In this document: piece by piece, positions 50,643 to 59,955 of the stretch
How the letters are laid out: the number at the start of each line of letters is the position of its first letter
How positions within the stretch are numbered: position 1 is the first letter of the stretch
Assembly (NCBI GenBank): GCA_963662625.1
Contig: OY759726.1
Location: 1,024,001-1,088,000 of the forward strand
Reading direction: 5' to 3'
DNA length: 64,000 bases
Source: Nitrosopumilus sp.
GTDB taxonomy: Archaea > Thermoproteota > Nitrososphaeria > Nitrososphaerales > Nitrosopumilaceae
Made by a program: the position numbers and the translations under genes
The notes under the pieces: generated by a model
Databases searched by the model: none
Seen by the model: only the letters and a program-made list of their open reading frames with translations
What the model was told of the DNA's origin: nothing

Positions 50643-50756
50643 GGTGACAGTATCACCGTAAAATAAAAAAACGTTGCACAAAACCGTCCCGGTGCGCGCT
50701 CCGCGGCAGGGGCCGCCCGGGGGGCCCGCCCCGGGCTCCGGCGGGGCCTCCGCCGG

Positions 50757-51914
50757 TCAGACCTGGTCCCGGTACATCCGGATCACCTTCTCGTACATCG
50801 CGTCCTGGCCGTACGTAGACTCTAGCACCCCGCGGCCGTTTCTTCCCATCTCGGCTGCCTTCTGGCAGTCGTCGACGCAGTCGATCATCCTGCCAGCCCA
50901 CGCGACGCCGTCCCGGGAGCCGATGACGTACCCCGTCCTGCCGTCCTCCACGATGTCCGACGCCGGCCTCACGTCGGACACCAGCACGGGCTTGTTCTGC
51001 AGGAACGCCTCGAGTATGACCAGGCCGAACCCCTCGCAAAGGCTCGGAAACACCATCGCGGCAGACTCCGCGATGATCCTCTCCTTCTCCCGGGCCCCCA
51101 CGTGCCCCGCGAACCTCACGTGCCGTCCGAGCCCCATGTCCCTGACCATCTCCTCCAGCGCCCCCCTGTGCGGGCCGTCGCCGACTATGACCAGCCTGAT
51201 CCCGGGCCTCTTCTGCCTCGCGATGCCGACCGCCTCGATCACCACCTCCAGGTTCTTGTAAAAGACCAGCCTTCCCACGAACACGAACTGCGACGGGTCC
51301 GTCTTGGAGCCGCGCACGGCCTCCCCGTCCACCGCGTTGTGGATCACGTAGACGGGTTTTTTTGCGCCGAACCTCACAAGGTCGTCCCTGCTCGCCTCGC
51401 TCACGGTGTGGATGCAGTCGAGGCGGAGCCTGGTCGCCAGCCTCTCGAAGAACGGCGCGAGCATGACGCTGATCCTCGACACGCCGTTCTGCGAGCCCCA
51501 CCTCCTCCAGTAGTCCCTCCCGCACAGCGAGAACACGTCGTGGATGGTCGTGACGTGCGGCCTGCCGGTGACCGACGAGAGGAGCGATCCGGCAAGCGCC
51601 GGCGCGAAGTTGTTGGAGTGGATGATCTCGATCCCGTGCTCCCTCACGAGCCGCCTGCCCTCCCTGGCGGCGTTTGCCACGTACCTCAGGTTGTCCAGGA
51701 ACCCGGCCGGCATGCCCCCACTGTACTCCAGGGTGGGCCTCACGAAGACCACGTTGGCCCCGGCGGCGTCCCCGTACTGCTCCCCCCTTATCCGGTTCGT
51801 GACGACCCACACGGAGTTGCCGTTCTCCGCCAGCTTCCTTGCGAGCATGTGGAACACGTACTCCCCGCCGCCGCGCGTGGTAGAGAAGAACTGGGACAGC
51901 AGGAGCACCTTCAT
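50757..51914 (-). CDS. GT4 glycosyltransferase
   Basis: GGGE, VGRL..YKN, VGDGP, EGFGLVILEA. Confidence 0.93.
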   Translation of the reverse strand: MKVLLLSQFFSTTRGGGEYVFHMLARKLAENGNSVWVVTNRIRGEQYGDAAGANVVFVRPTLEYSGGMPAGFLDNLRYVANAAREGRRLVREHGIEIIHSNNFAPALAGSLLSSVTGRPHVTTIHDVFSLCGRDYWRRWGSQNGVSRISVMLAPFFERLATRLRLDCIHTVSEASRDDLVRFGAKKPVYVIHNAVDGEAVRGSKTDPSQFVFVGRLVFYKNLEVVIEAVGIARQKRPGIRLVIVGDGPHRGALEEMVRDMGLGRHVRFAGHVGAREKERIIAESAAMVFPSLCEGFGLVILEAFLQNKPVLVSDVRPASDIVEDGRTGYVIGSRDGVAWAGRMIDCVDDCQKAAEMGRNGRGVLESTYGQDAMYEKVIRMYRDQV

Positions 51915-51920
51915 GGCGTG

Positions 51921-52670
51921 CTAGTCACCCGGCTTCTTCCCGTCCAGGATCCCAAGGTAGTCGTTTATCACCCTGCCCGGCTCCCCCTCGCTTGCGATCC
52001 TCCCGTCCTCCAGCATTATGGCCCTGTCGCACAGGCTGTCCACCGAACTGAGGTCGTGCGAGACGAAGACTATGGTCTTCTTGGCCTCCTTGAACCTCAT
52101 GAACGCCTCGTAGCTCTTCTTCTGGAACGGCGGGTCCCCCACGGCCAGGACCTCGTCGACCAGTATGATGTCGGGGTTTATCCGGACCGCCGTCGCGAAC
52201 GCCAGGCGCATGGCCATCCCCGTCGAGAACTTTTTCAGCTTGACGTTCCTGAACCTTTCTAGCTCCGCAAAGCCGATTATCTCGTCCACCATCCCGGTGA
52301 TCTGGCCGTGGGAAAACCCCAGGATCTTCCCGTAAAACACCACGTTGTCCCTGGCCGACAGCTCCGGGTTGAACCCAGTCCCCAGCGACAGCAGCGGGAC
52401 CATGCTGCCACTGATCCTGATCTCCCCGGAGTCGGGCCTGTAGATCCCGGCAATGAGGCGGAGGAGGGTGGTCTTCCCTATGCCGTTCCGGCCCACGATC
52501 CCGAACATCTCGCCCTTCCTCACCTCGAAGGAGACGTTCCTGAGTATGCCTATCTCGGAGTCGTCCCCGGCCCTGCTGAACACCGAGTCCCTGCTCCTGG
52601 TCTTGAACCGCTTGCTTACAGAGTCCACCTCTATGGCGTTTCCCGGGATCCTGCTACAGCTCCTCAACAA
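51921..52670 (-). CDS. wzt: Polysaccharide ABC exporter ATPase (no C-terminal CBM)
   Basis: GRNGIGKTT, GFNPELS, FSTGM..RLAF, DEVLAVGD..FQKK. Confidence 0.93.
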   Translation of the reverse strand: MLRSCSRIPGNAIEVDSVSKRFKTRSRDSVFSRAGDDSEIGILRNVSFEVRKGEMFGIVGRNGIGKTTLLRLIAGIYRPDSGEIRISGSMVPLLSLGTGFNPELSARDNVVFYGKILGFSHGQITGMVDEIIGFAELERFRNVKLKKFSTGMAMRLAFATAVRINPDIILVDEVLAVGDPPFQKKSYEAFMRFKEAKKTIVFVSHDLSSVDSLCDRAIMLEDGRIASEGEPGRVINDYLGILDGKKPGD

Positions 52671-53427
52671 TCCTGAACTCGTAACGTTTGAATATAATGT
52701 ATCCTACTACGAGGATCCCGACCGAGAATGCCGCGGTGTACGCCATGGCAAAGGCAGACGGCAGCTGCCCGTACAGCGCGGCGCCGTGGGCCATGTCCAG
52801 GAACTGCGCCACCGGGTTGATCAGGAGTATCCTGCCCATCTCCTCCGGGAATATGCTGATGTCGTAGATCACCGGCGTCAGGAAGAACCCGGCGTACGTG
52901 GCGATCGTCCACACGTTCTGCACGTCCCTGAACCTGACGTACACCACCGAAAGGATGAACGAGATGCCCAGCGTCATGCAGAACAGCAGCGCCACGAGCA
53001 CCGGCAGCAAGAGTATCGTGGCCTCCGGGACGAACCGGAACCCCGCCACGAACCCGAAGAACACCACGAACTCGACCCCCAGCATGATGAACGCGGTGAC
53101 GCAGGAACTGATCGGGAGTATGCCCCTCGGGAAGTACGTCTGGTTGACGATCCCCGCCCTGGCCAGGATGCTCCCTAGCCCCGTGCTGGTGGAGCGCGCA
53201 AAGTAGTTCCACATTATGATTCCCAGCAGGAGGTAGAGCGGGTAGTTCTCGATGTCCGACTTGAACACGTGGGAGAAGATCAGGTACAGGATCCCGAGCA
53301 TCAGCATGGGCTCCAGGAACGACCACAGCGCCCCCAGCAGGGATCCCTTGTAGCGGATGATCAGGTCGTTCACGGCAAACGTCCTTATCAGCGAACGGTT
53401 CTCCCATATCTCGCTTGGCGGCATCAC
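52654..53427 (-). CDS. wzm: Polysaccharide ABC exporter permease
   Basis: RYKGS.LG.LW...P, FRD, F.TPVIY, NP. Confidence 0.93.
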   Translation of the reverse strand: MMPPSEIWENRSLIRTFAVNDLIIRYKGSLLGALWSFLEPMLMLGILYLIFSHVFKSDIENYPLYLLLGIIMWNYFARSTSTGLGSILARAGIVNQTYFPRGILPISSCVTAFIMLGVEFVVFFGFVAGFRFVPEATILLLPVLVALLFCMTLGISFILSVVYVRFRDVQNVWTIATYAGFFLTPVIYDISIFPEEMGRILLINPVAQFLDMAHGAALYGQLPSAFAMAYTAAFSVGILVVGYIIFKRYEFRIVEEL

Positions 53428-53448
53428 CGGAATGTCGCACCTCTTGTT

Positions 53449-54582
53449 TTATATCTCGTTTGCCCGCCCCCCGCAGAACCTGCGGATCAGGCCGGCCATC
53501 TCGGCGGCCTTGCCCTCCCAGTCGTTCTGCCTCGCCACGTCCTGCCCGGCCGCCGCGTCGTGGCCCTGCCCGGCGGCCGACTCGACGTGCCCCAGGAACT
53601 CCTCGTGACTCTTTGCCACCCTGCATATGCCGCCGAACCTGCCCAGCTCGGGCAGCTCCGTGGTGACCGTGGGCTTGCCCGAGGCCATGTACTCGTAGAA
53701 CTTGTTCGGGTTCACGCTGCGGGTCAGCCTGTTGACTAGGAACGGGATTATGCACACGTCAAACGCCTTGACGTACCCGGGGAGCTCCCGGTAGTCCTTC
53801 CTGCCAAGGACGTGCAGGTTCCCGGACCTCATCTGCCTCAGGCGCCTCCTCTGCCTCGGGGGGGCCCACCCGATCAACACTACCGACGCGTCGGGGAACC
53901 TCCGCAGGATCTTCTCCAGCAGGTCAAAGTCAAACCACTCCCCCATGGCCCCCACGTACCCTATGACGGGCCGCGCGATGCCCCGCACCTCCGCCGCGAC
54001 CTCCGTCCCCTCCTGCGAGGCCTTCCCAAAATGCGCCGCGTCCACGCCGTTTCCCACTAGGAAGATCTCCTTCCTGCCCCTGAACCTCTCCAGGATGCTC
54101 TCCGACGGGGTGAACATCACGTCGGATCTTGCCTCCAGGACGCCTATGTACTCCTCGAGCCAGGGGCCGGTGGCGTCGAACTCCCTGACGTCGTCCGTGA
54201 TGTCGTAGCAGACCAGGGACTCGCCCAGGCTGCCTATCACGCACGAGTACCTCGGCTTGTAAAACAGCAGGACCGGCTCGCGGATTCCCCTGTCCCTCAG
54301 GATTTTTTTCATCCCCCTGGTTATGATCCGGTCGTTGCCCCTCCGGCCAAAGCCGATCCTGTCTGCCAGCGGGATCGTGGGGACCGACACCACCTCCACG
54401 TTCTCCCGCACCATGCGGCTCCTCCTGAACGGCGTCCTGGCGATGATGCTCCACGCGATCGACAGCCAGAACGACGGCTCGACGTACAGCACCTTCCAGT
54501 CGCTCGGGAACCGGGAGACCATCTGCTGCTGCCTCTGCCAGAGGAAGTTCCAGGTGATGTCCGAAAAGCAAACTATCTGCAA
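53449..54582 (-). CDS. GT-B glycosyltransferase (TuaH-like)
   Basis: W..LWQRQQ, YDITDD, NGVD..HF, NPNKFYEYMASGKP; TTG start assumed. Confidence 0.88.
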   Translation of the reverse strand: MQIVCFSDITWNFLWQRQQQMVSRFPSDWKVLYVEPSFWLSIAWSIIARTPFRRSRMVRENVEVVSVPTIPLADRIGFGRRGNDRIITRGMKKILRDRGIREPVLLFYKPRYSCVIGSLGESLVCYDITDDVREFDATGPWLEEYIGVLEARSDVMFTPSESILERFRGRKEIFLVGNGVDAAHFGKASQEGTEVAAEVRGIARPVIGYVGAMGEWFDFDLLEKILRRFPDASVVLIGWAPPRQRRRLRQMRSGNLHVLGRKDYRELPGYVKAFDVCIIPFLVNRLTRSVNPNKFYEYMASGKPTVTTELPELGRFGGICRVAKSHEEFLGHVESAAGQGHDAAAGQDVARQNDWEGKAAEMAGLIRRFCGGRANEI

Positions 54583-54721
54583 TACATGACTCAGGCCCGG
54601 TTTGGCGATTAAAGTTTTTGTAGGGGTATGGCCCGCCGGCTCCGGCGGGGCAGTTCCCGACAGGCTGCGCCGCGTCCCGCGCCTGAAAATACAGAAATAG
54701 ATCTTCCCAGCAAAACTTGGA

Positions 54722-55528
54722 ATGGCAAAAAACCTCGAAAAGGTGTTCAAGGCAAAAACTCGGCTCCTTGACGAGCTGCAGCACGTCCTGGAAGCCAAGA
54801 TCGAGGCAATCACGGAGCTGGAGCGGTCGCTCGAGGAGAAGACCGGCGCCGTCACGGAGCTGGAGCGGTCGCTCGAGGAGAAGACCGGCGCCGTCACGGA
54901 GCTGGAGCGGTCGCTCGAGGAGAAGACCGGCGCCGTCACGGAGCTGGAGCGGTCGCTCGAGGAGAAGACCGGCGCCGTCACGGAGCTGGAGCGGTCGCTC
55001 GAGGAGAAGACCGGCGCCGTCACGGAGCTGGAGCGGTCGCTCGAGGAGAAGACCGGCGCCGTCACGGAGCTGGAGCGGTCGCTCGAGGAGAAGACCGGCG
55101 CCGTCACGGAGCTGGAGCGGTCGCTCGAGGAGAAGACCGGCGCCGTCACGGAGCTGGAGCGGTCGCTCGAGGAGAAGACCGGCGCCGTCACGGAGCTGGA
55201 GCGGTCGCTCGAGGAGAAGACCGGCGCCGTCACGGAGCTGGAGCGGTCGCTCGAGGAGAAGACCGGCGCCGTCACGGAGCTGGAGCGGTCGCTCGAGGAG
55301 AAGACCGGCGCCGTCACGGAGCTGGAGCGGTCGCTCGAGGAGAAGACCGGCGCCATGGCGGGGCTGCAAGAGTCGCTCGACGGGAAGGCGGCCGACGCCA
55401 AGCTGCTGGAAGGGAAACTGAAGGCAAGCCAAAACGAGGCGGCGCAGCAGAAGGCGGAGATCGACTCGCTGAAGAGCTCGCTGTCCTACAGAATCGGAAA
55501 GAGGTTCGGCTCCAAGCCCGCGGGCTAG
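54722..55528 (+). CDS. Stand-alone coiled-coil protein with perfect 14-aa repeats and SLSYRIG tail
   Basis: 13 x VTELERSLEEKTGA; no enzyme domain. Confidence 0.85.
   Translation: MAKNLEKVFKAKTRLLDELQHVLEAKIEAITELERSLEEKTGAVTELERSLEEKTGAVTELERSLEEKTGAVTELERSLEEKTGAVTELERSLEEKTGAVTELERSLEEKTGAVTELERSLEEKTGAVTELERSLEEKTGAVTELERSLEEKTGAVTELERSLEEKTGAVTELERSLEEKTGAVTELERSLEEKTGAVTELERSLEEKTGAMAGLQESLDGKAADAKLLEGKLKASQNEAAQQKAEIDSLKSSLSYRIGKRFGSKPAG
54809..55354 (+). repeat. 13 x 42-bp tandem repeat
   Basis: GTCACGGAGCTGGAGCGGTCGCTCGAGGAGAAGACCGGCGCC; 546 bp. Confidence 0.96.
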
Positions 55529-55622
55529 CGCGGGCAGCGGCCCGCGGGGATCCGGCCCCGCGGCTTCGGGTGAGGTGCCAGGAAATAAACAGATAATTGG
55601 AGCGGGGCGCGATCGTTAACCG

Positions 55623-56426
55623 TTGCAAGACAAGGTGTCAAAGGCGGGGGGCGGTTCCCAGGCCGGCGGACCTGGCGCAGGATCCGTCCCGCGGGAGGAA
55701 TCGCGCGATCCCATCGAGGACGAACTCTCCGTGTACATGCGCTCGGATCTCTCGCCCGCGGAGAGGGCGAGGCTGATCGGGAGGCTGTGGCAGAGGCTGG
55801 CCTCGACCGAGTTTGCCCACGGCGAGTCCCTTTCCATGCAGCCCGCGCTGGCTGACATGTGCGTCGATTCCAAATCCAACATGCTGGACGAGTGGGAGCT
55901 CGCATGCCTCTGCTCCTGCATCGTAAACTTTGACTGGAAGCCCGACGACTACCTGATAGAGATCGGGACGAACATAGGCCAGACCGCCGTATTCATGGCC
56001 AAGGTGCTCCGGTCGATGGGCCTTGGCACGAAGATCATCAGCGTGGACCCGTTCTCCTTCGCGGCCGACAAGATGCTCAACCCGAAAGGAAACTACTCCT
56101 ACTATGTCACGCTCACCAGGCAGCAAAACGTCAACGACATGTGCATCCCGGTGACGGCGTTCTCCCAGGACATCCCGCACATCTTCAAGGAAAACGTGGG
56201 GGTGTTGCTCGTGGACGGCTCCCACCAGTACGAGGACGTGAAAAAAGACCTCGATTACTACTCCGGGCTGGTCAGGCCGAACGGATACGTCTTCGTGGAC
56301 GACTATAACGCCTCAAACTACCCCGGCGTGTACGGGGCGTTCGACGAGTGGCTTGCCGGCTATGACAACTTTGAGCTGTCCTACAAGGACAGCTACTTTG
56401 TAATAGCGAAAAAGATCCGTGACTAG
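55623..56426 (+). CDS. Class I SAM methyltransferase (Methyltransf_24-like)
   Basis: IEIGT..G, SVDPF, VDGSHQYE.V..D, GYVFVDDY..YPGV. Confidence 0.87.
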   Translation: MQDKVSKAGGGSQAGGPGAGSVPREESRDPIEDELSVYMRSDLSPAERARLIGRLWQRLASTEFAHGESLSMQPALADMCVDSKSNMLDEWELACLCSCIVNFDWKPDDYLIEIGTNIGQTAVFMAKVLRSMGLGTKIISVDPFSFAADKMLNPKGNYSYYVTLTRQQNVNDMCIPVTAFSQDIPHIFKENVGVLLVDGSHQYEDVKKDLDYYSGLVRPNGYVFVDDYNASNYPGVYGAFDEWLAGYDNFELSYKDSYFVIAKKIRD

Positions 56427-56604
56427 CGCCGCTCCCGACCCGCGCTGGCATTGCGGCCCGGCCGGTGGGGCCCCCCCGCGCCCCCGTCCCAGGACGGCCC
56501 GGCGTCCCCGCCGCGGGCGGCCCCGGGGCCCGCCGCGCACGTGGCTGCAGCAAAGCCGCGGGTTGATAGCAAAACAAGTATAGGGACTTTTTTCTGGTAC
56601 TTAC

Positions 56605-59505
56605 ATGTTGAGCGAAGATCCTACGACGGAGGCAGACTCGCAAAAGCCCTCGCTCTGGGACGGGATAGCGGCGCAGTACCGCACCGCGCCGGACCGGGGG
56701 GAGGCCGAGATCGCGGGGGAGCTCGAGTCCATCCTGGAGGGCCTCGGGGTGCGCGCCGGCTCCGCCCTGCTGGAGGCGGGATCCGGCAGCGGGCACATAT
56801 CCTCGCTCCTTGCGTCAAAGGGGTACAGGACCACGCTCCTCGACTTTAGCAAGGCCGCGCTGAAAAAATCAAAGCGGCTCTACAAGAAGAACGGCCTGGA
56901 CGGGATCTTCGTCCACTCCGACCTGTTTGACATCTCCGCCGAGTCCGTGGGCACCCATGACGTCGTGTGGAACTCCGGGGTCTTGGAGCACTTTGACGGC
57001 TGGCAGATCATCGAGGCGATGCAGAAGATGGCGTCCGTCGCCAAGAAATTCGTGATAATACTGGTCCCGAACTCTAACAGCTCCGAGTACATGGAGTTTA
57101 GGAAGAAGGCGCTGGAGGACGGCGCGTGGCAGTGGGGGCTGGAGATACTGCGCGAGGACATGAGGGACATGGCCGCGATCTCCGGCCTGGAGGTGGTGGA
57201 GGAGCGGTTCGTGGGGACCACCCACCTGAAATACTTTAAAGACTACGCAAAGCCGGTCGAGGACGCCGACGATCCAGATGGCATTCCCGACGACGAGAAG
57301 TACCTCAGGGTAATAGTGGCAAGGCCAGCCCCCCCGGCGCCGCCCGACCGGGAACTGGAGGCCGCCGCGCTGTCCAGGATCCTCCGGAACGACTCGGAGG
57401 CCCTGCGCCGGACGTACTACAACGACATCACGATCCTTATGGATCGGCTCAAGTCGCTCGGGGCCAAGGCAGGCGAGGACAAGGCCTTCATCGCCCAGCT
57501 GAAAACCGATTTTGCCTCCTCGCGGCAGACGATAGCGACCCTGGAGGGGAACCTCTCCACGTCGCTCCAGACGGCGGCCGACCTGGAGGGGGATCTTGCC
57601 TCCTCGCGGCAGACGATAGCGACCCTGGAGGGGAACCTCTCCGGGTCGCTCCAGACCATAGCCAACCTCGAAGGCGACCTCTCCACGTCGCTCCAGACGG
57701 CGGCCGACCTGGAGGGGGATCTTGCCTCCTCGCGGCAGACGATAGCGACCCTGGAGGGGAACCTCTCCGGGTCGCTCCAGACCATAGCCAACCTCGAAGG
57801 CGACCTCTCCACGTCGCTCCAGACGGCAGCCGACCTGGAGGGGGGCCTTGCCGCCTCGCGGCAGACCATAGCCGACCTGGAGGGGGGCCTTGCCGCCTCG
57901 CGGCAGACCATAGCCGACCTGGAGGGGGGCCTTGCCGCCTCGCGGCAGACCATAGCCGACCTGGAGGGGGGCCTTGCCGCCTCGCGGCAGACCATAGCCG
58001 ACCTGGAGGGGGGCCTTGCCGCCTCGCGGCAGACCATAGCCGACCTGGAGGGTGACCTCCTGGCCCAGAAAAAGATCAACTCCGACCTTGCCGACGAGAA
58101 CCTCGCCCTGGGCCGGGCCTTGGAATTCGAACGGCAGAAGATCGACACGCTGCTGAACACAAAGACGTGGAAGCTCACGAGGCTGTACGAGAAGAAGTTC
58201 CAAGGAAACGTCCTGGGGAGGATGATAGAAAAGACTGTCGACCTGGCCCTGAAGGGCCAGAAGGACAGCGGCGCTGCGCCGCAGGCAGCCGCGGAGGCCC
58301 CGGACGCCGCGCCTGCCGCAGCGGAGGCCCCGGACGCCGCGCCACAAGAAGCGCAGAAGAAGAATGCCCACCTAGAGGCCCTCCGGGAGATAATACGGGA
58401 GAACGGGGGCGTCAAGGGGATCGTCGTCTACCCGCCCACGGTCGACTGGAACATCCCGCTCCTCCAGAGGCCGCAACACATGGCATCCCACCTGGCCCGG
58501 AACAACTGGCTGTATTTTTACTGCACCACGAACGCCTATGACAAGGTCAGCGGCTTTGAGAAGATATCTGACCGGCTCTACCTGACCGATCGATTCGACG
58601 AACTGGTGGGGGAACTGGACTCCTTCTTCGCCTTCGTGCACAGCGCGCACCCCACCCTGACGATCCCCGATCTCGAGGGCCTGGGGAAGAAGGCGATGCT
58701 GGTGTACGACTACCTCGACGAGATCCACCCCGACGTCAGCGGGCTCAACCCCCGGGACGTCCTGGACCGGCACACCCACATGATGAAGAACAGCACGGCG
58801 GTGGTCGCCACCGCCGGGAAGCTGTTCTCCGACGTGGCAGAACTGCGCCGGGACAACGTCTACCTGCTCCCGAACGCGGTGGACTATGACCACTTCCACA
58901 GGACCCGGGATCCGGGGGCGATCCCCAAGGAGATCAGGCCGATCAGGGAGTCCGGAGGGCCGATCCTGGGATACTTTGGCGCCATAGCAAAGTGGTTTGA
59001 CTACGAGCTGATCAAGGAGGTGGCCCGGGCCCGGCCGGACTGGAACATCGTCCTGATCGGCTGGGACTATGACAAGACGGTCGGCAAGAGCGGGATCGAC
59101 GAGTTCGAGAACATACACTACCTTGGCATAAAGGAGTACGGCATCCTGCCAGAATACGCCGTGTGGTTTGACGTGTGCATCCTGCCGTTCCTCGTAAACG
59201 ACATCACCAACTCCACGTCCCCGATAAAGCTCTTTGAGTACATGGCGCTAGGCAAACCCATAGTCGCGACCCCGATAAGGGAGGTGGGCAACTACAAGAG
59301 CCCGCTCGTGGCCGGCGGCCCGGGGGAGTTCGTCGAAAAGGTCGAGCAGGCGCTCAAGCTCGGGGGAGACCGGGATTACCTCGAGCTGGTGGACGGGGAG
59401 GCCAGGGGCAACACCTGGAAGAAGAGGTTTGACGACCTGGACGGGATACTGGAATCGCTGCTGGAGCGGGGAGGCCAGGGGCAACGCTTGGAAGAAGGGC
59501 CTTGA
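56605..59505 (+). CDS. Methyltransferase - coiled coil - glycosyltransferase fusion
   Basis: LLEAGSGSG/NSGVLEHF; 14-aa repeats; NTKTWKLT; QRPQH, NAVD..HF, SPIKLFEYMALGKP. Confidence 0.9.
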   Translation: MLSEDPTTEADSQKPSLWDGIAAQYRTAPDRGEAEIAGELESILEGLGVRAGSALLEAGSGSGHISSLLASKGYRTTLLDFSKAALKKSKRLYKKNGLDGIFVHSDLFDISAESVGTHDVVWNSGVLEHFDGWQIIEAMQKMASVAKKFVIILVPNSNSSEYMEFRKKALEDGAWQWGLEILREDMRDMAAISGLEVVEERFVGTTHLKYFKDYAKPVEDADDPDGIPDDEKYLRVIVARPAPPAPPDRELEAAALSRILRNDSEALRRTYYNDITILMDRLKSLGAKAGEDKAFIAQLKTDFASSRQTIATLEGNLSTSLQTAADLEGDLASSRQTIATLEGNLSGSLQTIANLEGDLSTSLQTAADLEGDLASSRQTIATLEGNLSGSLQTIANLEGDLSTSLQTAADLEGGLAASRQTIADLEGGLAASRQTIADLEGGLAASRQTIADLEGGLAASRQTIADLEGGLAASRQTIADLEGDLLAQKKINSDLADENLALGRALEFERQKIDTLLNTKTWKLTRLYEKKFQGNVLGRMIEKTVDLALKGQKDSGAAPQAAAEAPDAAPAAAEAPDAAPQEAQKKNAHLEALREIIRENGGVKGIVVYPPTVDWNIPLLQRPQHMASHLARNNWLYFYCTTNAYDKVSGFEKISDRLYLTDRFDELVGELDSFFAFVHSAHPTLTIPDLEGLGKKAMLVYDYLDEIHPDVSGLNPRDVLDRHTHMMKNSTAVVATAGKLFSDVAELRRDNVYLLPNAVDYDHFHRTRDPGAIPKEIRPIRESGGPILGYFGAIAKWFDYELIKEVARARPDWNIVLIGWDYDKTVGKSGIDEFENIHYLGIKEYGILPEYAVWFDVCILPFLVNDITNSTSPIKLFEYMALGKPIVATPIREVGNYKSPLVAGGPGEFVEKVEQALKLGGDRDYLELVDGEARGNTWKKRFDDLDGILESLLERGGQGQRLEEGP
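57508..58053 (+). repeat. 13 x 42-bp tandem array with higher-order structure
   Basis: 8 variant units (126-bp block duplicated) plus 5 GLAASRQTIADLEG units; 546 bp. Confidence 0.93.
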
Positions 59506-59543
59506 CGACCTGGACGGGATGCTGGAATCGCTGCTGGAGCGGG
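59398..59543 (+). repeat. 73-bp imperfect tandem duplication of the gene 3' end
   Basis: GAGGCCAGGGGCAAC...CTGGAGCGGG starts at 59398 and 59471. Confidence 0.9.
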
Positions 59544-59544
59544 G

Positions 59545-59928
59545 CTAGCTGCACTCCGTGCTCCAAGTGGCCTTGTGATCCTTTCCGTCGTCGAGGAACT
59601 CGCTGCTCTTGGCGCACATCGTGGTGTTCTTTATCTCGGTGTTCTGGATCGCGTCGACCTTGACGTCCATGCGCCTGAACTTCTTGCCGTCCTCCTCCGC
59701 GGTGTAGGGGTCGCTTGTCACCACGTTGAACTCGTAGGTGTAGGTGGTGGTGTCGCCCTTCTTGGGGTTGTTGGCGTACGATCTAGCGGTGACCCCGAAC
59801 TCCTTGCTCTGACCGCCGTACTTTATGTCGCACCTCTCGGCGTCCACGGTATAGTACACCCTGATCCCGATGTTCTGGTTCAGGGCCTCGATGAAGAACA
59901 CCGTGTCCCAGCCCTTGATCTCAGACAA
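59545..59928 (-). CDS. Hypothetical beta-rich protein
   Basis: 127-aa ORF with strong host codon bias; TTAATAAAA upstream. Confidence 0.6.
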   Translation of the reverse strand: MSEIKGWDTVFFIEALNQNIGIRVYYTVDAERCDIKYGGQSKEFGVTARSYANNPKKGDTTTYTYEFNVVTSDPYTAEEDGKKFRRMDVKVDAIQNTEIKNTTMCAKSSEFLDDGKDHKATWSTECS

Positions 59929-59955
59929 CGTACGTGTGTGGGCGCCGCCCTTTTA

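Noticed and set aside
54809-55354. 42-bp, 30-bp and 111-bp arrays as CRISPR
   Set aside because: Head-to-tail repeats without unique spacers, all in frame within proteins.
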